Shown piece by piece: positions 20,370 to 29,818 of a stretch of 64,000 nt of DNA; within the stretch, counting starts at the first letter, position 1, and each line of letters opens with the position of its first letter. This DNA comes from an uncultured delta proteobacterium. GTDB lineage: Bacteria; Desulfobacterota; Binatia; UBA9968. Under the pieces are notes generated by a model, which was not told the origin of the DNA, did no database searches, and saw only the letters and a program-made list of their open reading frames with translations. A program made the translations under genes and the position numbers. The stretch is from positions 864,001-928,000 of the forward strand of contig CAVYTU010000017.1 of NCBI GenBank assembly GCA_963771465.1. The letters run 5' to 3'.

Positions 20370-21116
20370 ATGGAGACCGGACTCAAAGGTAAAGTCGTTC
20401 TGATCACAGGGGCGACCCGCAATCACGGCAAGGCGACCGCACTAGCGTTTGCGGCGGAAGGGGCAAATCTTTTGATCTGCACACGAAAGAGCATGGACCT
20501 GCTAAGGGAAACCGCTCGACTCGCTGCCGATCTAGGCGGCAAAGTCATCGCGAAACAATGCGACGTTACCGACGAAAATCAAGTTAGCGATTTGCTGCAA
20601 AGCGGACTTAGCGAGTTTGGCCGCATCGATGTGCTGATCAATAACGCCGGATGGAGAGTGCACGGCGACGTCATGAAATTGGACATGGAAGAATGGCAGG
20701 CGGCACTTGACGTCAATGTCCACGCGCTATTTCGCACGTGCAAGGCGGTTATTCCGGGCATGGCGGAGCGTCGCTGGGGAAGGATTATCAACTATACGGG
20801 AAACTCATTCATGCGCGGCATCTTGGGTCCGGGAACGTTGAAGATGGCGACTCTCGGATTCACTCGCGCTATCGCCCAGGAGTATGGCGAATTTAATATC
20901 ACGGCCAATTGCATCGCTCCCTGGGCGATAACAGTTGAAAGAAACGCGGGACATGTGGGTAGCGCAATACCTGCGGTCCGGGTGGAGGGCCAGGCAATTC
21001 CCAGAAGGGGCACCATCGAGGAATGCGCCTCTCTGGCGGTATTTTTGGCGAGCGACAAAGCGGGATACATCACCGGCCAGAATTACGCGGTGAATGGGGG
21101 AGCTTATTTTCTTTAG
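20370..21116 (+). CDS. SDR family oxidoreductase (atypical active site)
   Basis: TGATRNHG, LINNAG, ITANCIAP, YITGQ; PGTLK in place of YxxxK. Confidence 0.88.
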   Translation: METGLKGKVVLITGATRNHGKATALAFAAEGANLLICTRKSMDLLRETARLAADLGGKVIAKQCDVTDENQVSDLLQSGLSEFGRIDVLINNAGWRVHGDVMKLDMEEWQAALDVNVHALFRTCKAVIPGMAERRWGRIINYTGNSFMRGILGPGTLKMATLGFTRAIAQEYGEFNITANCIAPWAITVERNAGHVGSAIPAVRVEGQAIPRRGTIEECASLAVFLASDKAGYITGQNYAVNGGAYFL

Positions 21117-21178
21117 CCGTTTTCTTTCGCGACCGGCAAATTGCCCACACGATAGATAGAAATTGTTTTTTCACAACC

Positions 21179-21919
21179 ATGGAATCTGATCTTAAAGGGA
21201 AAAACGTTTTGGTGACGGAAGTTGGCAACCCGTTAGGGAGAAGCAGTGCCGTGGCATTTGCCCGTGAAGGCGCCAACTTAGTTCTTGGTTCTACGGATGA
21301 CTCCGATTCGCTCGGCGCGGCAGAGCAAGAAACCGCTGCGCTGGGAATCAAAGTGGTCGCCGGGATTTACAACGCCGGCAATGAAGATGGCGTCAAGCAG
21401 TTCGTGCAAAGGGGTCTCGATGAATTTAGTCATATCGATATTGTGATAAACAATATGGCGTGGAGCGCGGCGAATCAATCTTTTGCGGCCATGTCTTTCG
21501 AAGGATGGCAGCGCGCGATTCATCTAGGGCTAACCCGGTCCTTGTTCATGTGTCGCGCCGTGCTTCCTGGAATGATTGAGCGGCGCTGGGGACGGCTGAT
21601 TCAGTGCATAGGTCTTGAGGGTTTTGTCGGCGGCGATCCCGCGACCAGCGCAGTCTACGGCGGGCTTATCGGGCTTACGCGGGGCATGGCGACCCAATAC
21701 GGCAAATATCGAATCACCGCTAACTGCATCGGCTATGGCGGCGTCGACGGCTTGGACAATTTCCCGGGTGCTTACCCAGTGTCAAGACTCAATGACCCTC
21801 TGTTGCGCTGCGGCACGGGGCAAGAAACCAGCTCGGCGGCAATTTACTTGGCGAGCGAAGATGCCGGCTACATTACCGGTCAGTGCTATCTGGTGAACGG
21901 CGGCAGGTGTTTTCTTTAA
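21179..21919 (+). CDS. SDR family paralog (degenerate)
   Basis: VTEVGNPLG, VINN, ITANCI, YITGQ; lacks canonical TGxxxGxG and YxxxK. Confidence 0.8.
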   Translation: MESDLKGKNVLVTEVGNPLGRSSAVAFAREGANLVLGSTDDSDSLGAAEQETAALGIKVVAGIYNAGNEDGVKQFVQRGLDEFSHIDIVINNMAWSAANQSFAAMSFEGWQRAIHLGLTRSLFMCRAVLPGMIERRWGRLIQCIGLEGFVGGDPATSAVYGGLIGLTRGMATQYGKYRITANCIGYGGVDGLDNFPGAYPVSRLNDPLLRCGTGQETSSAAIYLASEDAGYITGQCYLVNGGRCFL

Positions 21920-21960
21920 CAACCGAATCAAAATATTTCTAAAGCGCGGGTATCGAACCG

Positions 21961-23329
21961 ATTACTACTACAACCGACAAATCAATTATTGGGCAACTGT
22001 CGGAGTACATCGCTGGGGCGCGGCGCGGCGAGTTACCAAGCGATGTTTCGACCCGAGCGCGGCATCACATCCTCGATGCCATTGCGGCGATGGTTTCCGG
22101 CTCAATGCTGCCACCTGGGCGCCTCGCCATTCGATACATCCAGGCACAGGGAGGCACTCAAGAAGCGCGTGTCATCGGTAGCTCTTTGCTGTCGACAGCC
22201 GTCAACGCCGCGCTTGCCAACGGAGTAATGGCTCATTCCGATGAGACCGACGACTCACACGCGCCATCGTCGACCCATCCGGGTTGCGCGATTGTGCCCG
22301 GCAGCGCTGGCGATGGCTGAGCGAGAGGGCGCTGATGGCAGAGCTTTGCTCCGTGCTGTCGTGGCAGGTTACGACGTTGGCTGTCGCGTGACTCAGGCTT
22401 TGGGGCCGAGCTTTCTCTCCGGCAAAGGACTCAGCAGCCACAGTATCGGCGGCAGCTTTGGCGCCGCCGCCGCGGCGGCCAGCTTGGCCAATCTGAATCC
22501 ACTCGAGGTTAGTCACGCACTGTCCTACGCGGCGCAACAAGCGTCCGGAGTCAAAGCCTGGGTGCAGAGCGAAGATCACATCGAGAAAGCTTTCGATTTT
22601 GCCGGCATGCCGGCGCGCAACGGCGTGACCGCCGTGACGCTGGTGCAGGCCGGGTTCACCGGCGTGGCCGACGTCTTCCAGGGCGAACAAAATTTTCTCA
22701 AGGCCTACTCCGATGATCCGAAAGCGGAAGAGCTGATTCGCGGCTTGGGTACTGAATTCGAAATCATGCGCGCGAACATCAAGAAATTTTGCGTCGGCTC
22801 GGCCATACAGGCGGTGCTCGATGCGCTGCTGCAAATCATCGGCGAGCATCGGATCACCGCGGATGACGTCGATTATCTCGTCGCGCGAGTTCCCGAAAAT
22901 GGCGGGCGCATCGTCAACGATCGCAACATGCCCAATGTCAATCTGCAGTATATTTTATCCGTGGCTCTGCTCGACGGCGGTCTCACTTTCGCAGCCGCCC
23001 ATTCCTACGAGAGGATGAAAGACCCGCGCGTTCTAGCCGTGAAGTCGCGCATCAAACTTGAACTCGACCCGGAGTTGACACACGCGCGGCCACGCCGCCA
23101 GGGAATTGTCGAAGTCCATACCAAAGATCATAGAACGCTACGCGTGCACGTAAAAAGCGTGCGCGGAACGGCGGACAATCCAATGAATGATCAAGAAGTG
23201 GAAGACAAGGCGCGAGATCTTATAGAGCCGGTCTTGGGCAGCGCGAAATGCGAAAAGATATTTGCCCTAGTGAAGAATCTGGAGCTGGTCGCGGATGTGC
23301 GAGAACTCAGTGCGGCGCTGGCAAACTGA
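21961..23329 (+). pseudogene. MmgE/PrpD family protein, frameshifted at ~22297-22300 (possibly a sequence error)
   Basis: N-part (AALANGVMAHSDETDDSH...HPGCAIVP) and C-part (AALAMAE...IKKFCVG...RGT..NP) are in different frames; the N-terminal frame opens with ATT at 21961. Confidence 0.8.
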
Positions 23330-23371
23330 ACGGAAATCAAAGGATTTTATTTAATGCAAAAAGGGACACCA

Positions 23372-24517
23372 ATGAAAAACCTACGATCCCGTATGAAGGC
23401 CGTCGGGTTGGCAATGTTGATCGGAACGCTTTGCGCGCCGGAATTCGCCTTGAGCGCGGATGCGCCCGGACGGGCGGCGATGAATACCATCATCGAGGGC
23501 GCGAAAAAAGAAGGCAAGGTTTCCTGGGGAAGTTATCTGGATGACGCCGAAGTGGGAGAGTTGAACAAAGCGTTTCAAAAGGAATTCCCTTTCGTCAAAG
23601 TCGAATACACTCGACTCAGACCGCCTTACGAGCGTTTGTTGCTCGAGATGCAAGCGGGAACTTTTCCCTACGATACGTTTGCTATTCGTCCCAATCTTAT
23701 CGGCCAGCATCGCCAGCTCGGTTACTTGATCGATCCCATCGATTGGAAGGGCATTTTCAGCGTCGATCCGAGAATGGTCCATCCCGAAGGCATCGCGGTA
23801 TCGGTGATCACCAATCCGGCGGTTATCGCATACAACAAGAATCTGGTTCCCAAGCAGCACGTTCCCAAGAGTTGGGCTGACTGTTACAACCCTTTTTTCA
23901 AGGGCAAGTTGGCAGTGCTGGTGGGGACGAGCCAGGTAATCACTCTGTGGAGCGCCTTCGGCGAGAAATGGGGTCTCGATTTCACTAAGAGACTTTTGAA
24001 CAACAATCCGCGCTGGGTCAGCGGCAATACCAATGCGCAGAACCTCGTCGCCACTGGCGAGATGCTCATGGTTTGTCCCACCGGACATGGCACATGGTAT
24101 CGCTATGTTAAAGACCAACCCGGTGCGCCGCTTGCCGCGGTCTTTCCCGAAGGTCCGATTGCAACGGATCGCGACATGCTCCTCACACCGATCAAGGGCG
24201 CTGCTCATCCCAACGCAGCGTTGCTGTTGACGGGCTGGATTGGCGCCAAAGGGGTGACGTATATGCGCACCGGTCGGGAAAGTCTGTTTCATCCGAATTC
24301 GGAGCTGGGCGCGCAGGTGAAACGGATGGGCAGGGAAATCAAGGTACAACCCTGGGAGGTTTTGCTCGAGGAAGAGAAGTACGAGCGGCGAATTCTAGAG
24401 ATCTGGGGATTCCCCAAAGCCAAGAACTTGAGAAAGTCCCTCGATCAAGATCACCTTCACGCACTTAGGAGTCAACTTCTAGATCAATGCCAGAACAAGC
24501 GCATCATACCGGATTGA
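23372..24517 (+). CDS. extracellular solute-binding protein (true end probably ~24431)
   Basis: signal peptide; GAKKEGKVSWG, AYNKNLVP, HPNAALLLTGW; close paralog of 27528. Confidence 0.88.
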   Translation: MKNLRSRMKAVGLAMLIGTLCAPEFALSADAPGRAAMNTIIEGAKKEGKVSWGSYLDDAEVGELNKAFQKEFPFVKVEYTRLRPPYERLLLEMQAGTFPYDTFAIRPNLIGQHRQLGYLIDPIDWKGIFSVDPRMVHPEGIAVSVITNPAVIAYNKNLVPKQHVPKSWADCYNPFFKGKLAVLVGTSQVITLWSAFGEKWGLDFTKRLLNNNPRWVSGNTNAQNLVATGEMLMVCPTGHGTWYRYVKDQPGAPLAAVFPEGPIATDRDMLLTPIKGAAHPNAALLLTGWIGAKGVTYMRTGRESLFHPNSELGAQVKRMGREIKVQPWEVLLEEEKYERRILEIWGFPKAKNLRKSLDQDHLHALRSQLLDQCQNKRIIPD

Positions 24518-24587
24518 CTATTCCAGCGCCGGCACGGACTGGACGGTCCTTTTTCTAAGTTTAAGCTGAACCGAGCTGCTCCTGCCT

Positions 24588-26270
24588 TTGGTCATCATCA
24601 TCGTGTTATGGTTGTTGGTCATACCGGTGGTCATGCTGATCGCGAGCAGCTTGCGCACCGGGCCGCCGAGTCTTCCCGGTCCCTGGACCCTAAGAAATTT
24701 CGCGGTTGCGTTTAGTAGTGAGTTTTTCTTTCGCAGCCTTCTCAACACTTTTATCGTCTCCAGCGGCGCGACCGCGGCGGCGGTGGGCCTCGCCATAGTA
24801 TTCGCCTGGCTGATTGAGCGTACGGACATGCCCTTTCGCGGCGCAGCCTGGGTCGCCGTGTTGCTACCGCTGGTGATTCCGGGAGTTCTTTTCGCGTTGG
24901 CTTGGATGTTATTGCTATTGCCCAAAACCGGCTTGATTAACGTTGTCGCCCGCGCTGCGCTATCCACGTTTGGCTGGCACCTTGAGGAGGGACCGCTGAA
25001 CATCCAGTCTTTGGGAGGTCTTATCTATTTGGGAGCGCTGCGCGGCGTGAGCACGGCTTTTCTCATGATCGTGGGGCTCTTTCGACTGATGGATCCTGGA
25101 CTGGAAGAATCGGCGCGAATTTCGGGCGCACGACCTTTCGTCGTTTTCATCAAAATAACTCTGCCTCTGCTTGCGCCGGCACTTTTCGCCGCCGCCACAT
25201 ATTCCTTCGTATCGCATCTCGATTCTTTCGAGGCGCCGCTCGCCGTGGGCTTACCGGCGGGGATTTTCGTTCTCGCGACGTTAATTTATTTCCAAGCGAT
25301 GCTGTCGGTTCCGGGTGACTACGGCTTGAGCGCGGCCTATGCGGTCCTGTTTATGGCGCTCATGTCCCTCATGGCAGTTTTTTACGCGCGTTTGATCAGA
25401 CGTTCTGAGCGTTATGCCGTGATTCGCGGCAGGGGGTTTAATCCCAGCAGGCATCGTCTGGGAAAGTGGCGCTTTGTCGCCGTGGGATTATTTGGCGCTT
25501 ATTTCTTATTGACTGTCGCCGCTCCGATTCTCGTGTTGGCTTGGGCTTCGCTTCTGCCTTACTATATGACGCCGTCGGCGCAGGCTTTGAGCACCGTTTC
25601 GTTCAAACACTATATCGCCATTCTCGGCGATCCGCGGTTCACGACCGATCTACTCAATACGGTTTCCCTGGCCCTCGGCGCGGGCACGGTGACCATGGCT
25701 GTCGCACTGCTTATTTCCTGGGTCGTGGTGCGCGGGAAAAGCCGCGCTCGGTTTATTCTCGATGGTCTCACATTCATTTCATTCGCCGTTCCCGGTGTCG
25801 TCCTGGCGCTGGCGCTGATTTTTGTTTATTTGAAGCCGCCATTCCGTTATCTCGGCATTTACGGTTCGATGTGGATGATCATCCTCGGTCTGATGACAGA
25901 GTATCTCGCTTTCGCAACGCGCACGACGAATGGCGGGCTTATGCAGATTCACAGCGAGTTGGAAGAGGCCGGCGCAGCCAGCGGCGCCCGCCAGTTTACA
26001 ACCCTGCGGAAAATTACCATCCCGTTATTGATTCCCTCTCTGGTAGCGGGATGGGTTTGGGTCGTCGCGCATTCGCTCAGAGCATTCTCGCTTCCGCTGG
26101 TATTAGGGACGAAGAAGAACGAAGTGCTTTCGGTATGGATTTGGATTCACTGGCAGAACGGACATATTCCCATGGCCGCCGCGTTGGGCGTTATCTTGAT
26201 TGGCATAACAGCTTTATTGGCTATTGTTGCGCGACAGGTCATCGCGCGCGGCTCACTGGGATCGAGGTAG
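24588..26270 (+). CDS. Fe3+-type (FbpB-like) ABC permease with duplicated TM domain; 5' end possibly at ATG 24487 via indels
   Basis: two EAA loops (DPGLEESARISGA; ELEEAGAASGA), about 12 TM segments. Confidence 0.92.
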   Translation: MVIIIVLWLLVIPVVMLIASSLRTGPPSLPGPWTLRNFAVAFSSEFFFRSLLNTFIVSSGATAAAVGLAIVFAWLIERTDMPFRGAAWVAVLLPLVIPGVLFALAWMLLLLPKTGLINVVARAALSTFGWHLEEGPLNIQSLGGLIYLGALRGVSTAFLMIVGLFRLMDPGLEESARISGARPFVVFIKITLPLLAPALFAAATYSFVSHLDSFEAPLAVGLPAGIFVLATLIYFQAMLSVPGDYGLSAAYAVLFMALMSLMAVFYARLIRRSERYAVIRGRGFNPSRHRLGKWRFVAVGLFGAYFLLTVAAPILVLAWASLLPYYMTPSAQALSTVSFKHYIAILGDPRFTTDLLNTVSLALGAGTVTMAVALLISWVVVRGKSRARFILDGLTFISFAVPGVVLALALIFVYLKPPFRYLGIYGSMWMIILGLMTEYLAFATRTTNGGLMQIHSELEEAGAASGARQFTTLRKITIPLLIPSLVAGWVWVVAHSLRAFSLPLVLGTKKNEVLSVWIWIHWQNGHIPMAAALGVILIGITALLAIVARQVIARGSLGSR

Positions 26271-26327
26271 CGCTGTTTATTCGGTTGTCGAGTTTGAATC
26301 TCTTTTGATTTTAGAAGGAGAGGTCAC

Positions 26328-27491
26328 ATGGCCAAAAGTTTCAAAGTGATTTCGGCTGATTCGCATTTGGAAGTCTCGACCGATCGATGGATGCATCGGG
26401 TGCCGCAAAAATATCAAGATCGCGCGCCGCGCCGGTTGCGCTTGCCGGGTGGCGGCGATGCTCATGTCGTCGAGGGACGCGCCATCATGATCGAACCCGT
26501 TCGTGTGACGGGTGAGTGGCGCGTCTATCCATTCGGCGGTCGTTTTGGCGAAAACCCCGGCTCCGGCTCAGCCGAGCAGCGATTGCAAGAACAAGATATC
26601 GACGGCGTCGAAGCGGAGGTGCTTTATCCGGGCAGCCAGGGCCCGAACTTCTGGCGCGGCATAAAAGATGACGGAGCTTACAGAGCGGTCGTGCGAGCTT
26701 ACAACGATTGGCTCGGCGAGGAGTACTGCTCGGTGGCGCCTGAACGCTTGATCGGCCTCGGTCTGATTCCCGAGACCGGCGTTAAAGACGCCATCGCCGA
26801 GATGGAAAACTGCCTACGCATGGGACTCAAAGGGGTTGCGCTCAACGCTTTTCCCGCCGGGCGCATGTATCCCAGCGCCGATGACGATGAATTCTGGCGC
26901 GCGGCGGTCGACATGAATGTGCCGATCAGCGTCCACGTGATGTTCCAATTCGGCGGCGGCGAGGGTTACAGCGGGCCGTGGTTTCAATACGAGCGCAAGT
27001 TCGAGCAAGAAGTCTACAGCGCCGGACGCGACATCGTCGGACGCTACGCGAACTATTACACTCAGCGAGGCGCGCGCGACGCCATCCGTCTGGTTGTCGC
27101 CGGGGTATTTGATCGGTTCCCGCGCCTGAAGATCTATTTCGCGGAAAACCAAATCGGTTGGATTCCCCACTGGCTCGAACAGGCCGACAGCATCTACGAA
27201 CGGAACCACAAATGGGCGGTGCAATTGCTCGGGCTAAAACCGCTCGCGCGTCTTCCTAGTGAATATGTTCGCGAACATTGCTACTGGGGCTTTCAGAATA
27301 ACCCCGTCGGTGTCCAGATGCGTCACTTGATCGGCGTCGATCACGTCATGTGGTCTTCGGACTTTCCGCACACGGAAACCGACTGGCCGAATTCGCGGCG
27401 CACCATCGAACATAGCTTCAAGGATGTGCCGGAGCGTGAGCGCCATCAGATGCTGGCAAAAAATGCCGTGGAGTTTTTTCATCTCGGTTAG
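26328..27491 (+). CDS. amidohydrolase_2 family protein
   Basis: ISADSH, QDIDGVEAEVLYP, GVFDRFP, MWSSDFPH. Confidence 0.92.
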   Translation: MAKSFKVISADSHLEVSTDRWMHRVPQKYQDRAPRRLRLPGGGDAHVVEGRAIMIEPVRVTGEWRVYPFGGRFGENPGSGSAEQRLQEQDIDGVEAEVLYPGSQGPNFWRGIKDDGAYRAVVRAYNDWLGEEYCSVAPERLIGLGLIPETGVKDAIAEMENCLRMGLKGVALNAFPAGRMYPSADDDEFWRAAVDMNVPISVHVMFQFGGGEGYSGPWFQYERKFEQEVYSAGRDIVGRYANYYTQRGARDAIRLVVAGVFDRFPRLKIYFAENQIGWIPHWLEQADSIYERNHKWAVQLLGLKPLARLPSEYVREHCYWGFQNNPVGVQMRHLIGVDHVMWSSDFPHTETDWPNSRRTIEHSFKDVPERERHQMLAKNAVEFFHLG

Positions 27492-27527
27492 GCGTGAGGA
27501 GCGGTCATCGCAAGTGAGGAGGCTGAC

Positions 27528-28590
27528 ATGAGTTTACGCAACCGATTAGTATTAGTCATCACGCTCGGATGGCTGCTGTCGCAGCCGTGCTTCCACAGCG
27601 CTCTCACGCTCTGCCGCTGAGCTCGGTCAACCCGTTACCATGACCTCGATCGTTGCGGGCGCGAAAAAGGAAGGCAAGGTTTCCTGGGGCACCTATCTTG
27701 ATGAAAAAGAAGTTGGCGAGATCAACCAGGCGTTTCAGAAAGAATTTCCCTTCATCAAGGTCGACTACACCCGTCTCAGGCCGCCACACGAACGCTTGAT
27801 GTTGGAAATGCAGGCGGGCAATTTTCCGTATGACGCCATGATGGTGCGGCCCAACCTGATCGCCCAACACAAACAACTGGGCCACTTATTTAGCGCCATC
27901 GATTGGCGCGGGCTGTTCGCCATTGATCCACGAATGATTCATCCCGATGGTTTCGGCGTGGGGCTGATCACCAATCCCATTGTAATCGTATACAACAAGA
28001 ACCTGGTTCCCAAAGAGCGTGTCCCCAAAACTTGGGCCGACTGTCATGATCCCTACTTCAAGGGCAAGCTTGTCACTTTGGTGGACGCCAGCCACACCGT
28101 GGCGCTTTGGGGTGCCTTCGGCGAGAAATGGGCCACCGACTTCGCCAAGAAACTCCTGACCAACAACCCGCGCTGGGTCAGCGGCAACACCAACTCGCAG
28201 ACACTCGTCGCCACCGGCGAGATGTTGCTCGTCTGCCCCGCGGGACACGGTTCGTTCTACCGTTATGTCAAAGATCAGCCGGGTGTGCCGTTGGGAGCGG
28301 TGTTTCCTGAGGGACCGATGGTGGTAAACCGCGATGTCGTCGTTGCACCGATTAAGGGTGCCGCCAATCCCAACGCCGCCTTGCTGTTGACCGGTTGGAT
28401 CGCGAGCAAAGGTGTGACGTTGATGCACACCGGTCGTGAGAGCGTTTTTCACTCCGGTTCGGAGCTGGGCGGCCTGGCAAAGCGCATGAAGCGCGACATC
28501 AAGGTCGAGTCTTGGGAGATGCTCGCCGAGGAAGAAAAATACGAAAGACCATTGATGGAAATCTGGGGCTTTCCCAAGCCAAAGAATTAA
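27528..28590 (+). CDS. extracellular solute-binding protein; signal-peptide region separated from the mature domain by a +1 frameshift (~27590-27615)
   Basis: GAGGAGG RBS and ATG 27528 give MSLRNRLVLVITLGWLLSQP; the mature domain is in another frame (ORF 27640); close paralog of 23372. Confidence 0.85.
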
Positions 28591-28606
28591 TCTTAGAGGA
28601 GCGTTC

Positions 28607-29659
28607 ATGAGCGAGGAAACGGTTGAATTGGTTCTAGTTGGCGACGTTTACGTGCAACGTCCGGACCCGGACTCGACGTTTACCCATGCCGGAAAGTATT
28701 TGAGAGCGGCGGACATCGCCTTCGGCAATCTGGAGACTGTGGTTGCCGATCGGGAGCATCTCGACGGGGACGGTCACGGCCCGCGTACCGATGAGTGGAT
28801 GATCGGCGCCTACGTGAACGCAGGGTTCAAAGTGATGAATCTGGCCAACAACCCGAGCATGTATCGGGGCGTGAAAGGCTTACTCTGCACCATGGACGTG
28901 CTCGATAAAGCCGGCATCGCCTACGGCGGCGGCGGAAAAAATCTCCCAGAAGCGCGGCGTCCCGCGGTGATCGAGCGAAAAGGCGTCAAGGTTGCCTTCG
29001 TTTGTCGCACTTCGGTTTGCACCATTGACGCCGCGGCAACCGCGCAGCGCGCCGGGCTTGCCGTCGTGCGGGTTGCCACCGCCTACGAAGCGCCATCACT
29101 TCTGCCAAAGGAAGTGCCGGGGGCGGCGCCAATCGTTCATACGATTCCCAATGCTGCAGATGTGGAGGCATTACGCGAGGATATTGCGTCGGCCCGAAAG
29201 CAAGCCAATGTGGTGGTTGTGTCGTGGCACTGGGGAATCTCTCCGTTCAGCGGCGGAAAAGGCGAGCTCGTGGGATACCAAACTGAAATGGCCCATCTTG
29301 CAATAGATGCAGGGGCGGATCTCGTCGTCGGCCATCACCCTCATCTCGTCCAGCCCATCGAAGTTTATAAAGGAAAAGTGATTTTTTATTCTCTCGCAAA
29401 CTTCGTTCACGACGGGCCGTCTTTCTGGACCAAGAAGAAACAAGACACCATCCTGGTGCGCTGCCGCATACAAAGCGGAAAAATAAATGAAGTTTGTTTC
29501 ATGCCCGGCCGCATCAACGAGCAGAATCAGCCGGTGCTGCTGACACCGGCAGAAGCCCCGGAATTACTGAGCCATATTCGAGAAGTTTCGGCGCCGTTCG
29601 GAACCGGCTTCCAGGTTAGAGAAGGAGAAGTGGCCGTCGTAACCGAGACGGTGAATTGA
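28607..29659 (+). CDS. CapA/PGA_cap family protein (no membrane anchor)
   Basis: LVGD, GNLE, ANNP, SWHWG, GHHPH, YSLANF. Confidence 0.9.
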   Translation: MSEETVELVLVGDVYVQRPDPDSTFTHAGKYLRAADIAFGNLETVVADREHLDGDGHGPRTDEWMIGAYVNAGFKVMNLANNPSMYRGVKGLLCTMDVLDKAGIAYGGGGKNLPEARRPAVIERKGVKVAFVCRTSVCTIDAAATAQRAGLAVVRVATAYEAPSLLPKEVPGAAPIVHTIPNAADVEALREDIASARKQANVVVVSWHWGISPFSGGKGELVGYQTEMAHLAIDAGADLVVGHHPHLVQPIEVYKGKVIFYSLANFVHDGPSFWTKKKQDTILVRCRIQSGKINEVCFMPGRINEQNQPVLLTPAEAPELLSHIREVSAPFGTGFQVREGEVAVVTETVN

Positions 29660-29818
29660 TGAAGGGCAAAAATTATTTCCGAGCGCGCCGGCTGCACAGA
29701 TGCGGCTTGGCCCAGCCTTGACGGCGCGAGCGGTGCTGTATAGTTTCAAAAAAGAGAAATTTTAATCGAAGTTAAGTCGCGAGGAATGTTATCTAGCTAA
29801 GGAAAGTGAGGAATTTGC

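Noticed and set aside
23381-24349. Long antisense ORFs (e.g. 322 aa here, 27886-28608, 60879-61742, 32913-33575)
   Set aside because: Shadow ORFs opposite well-supported genes, expected at this GC content; no motifs
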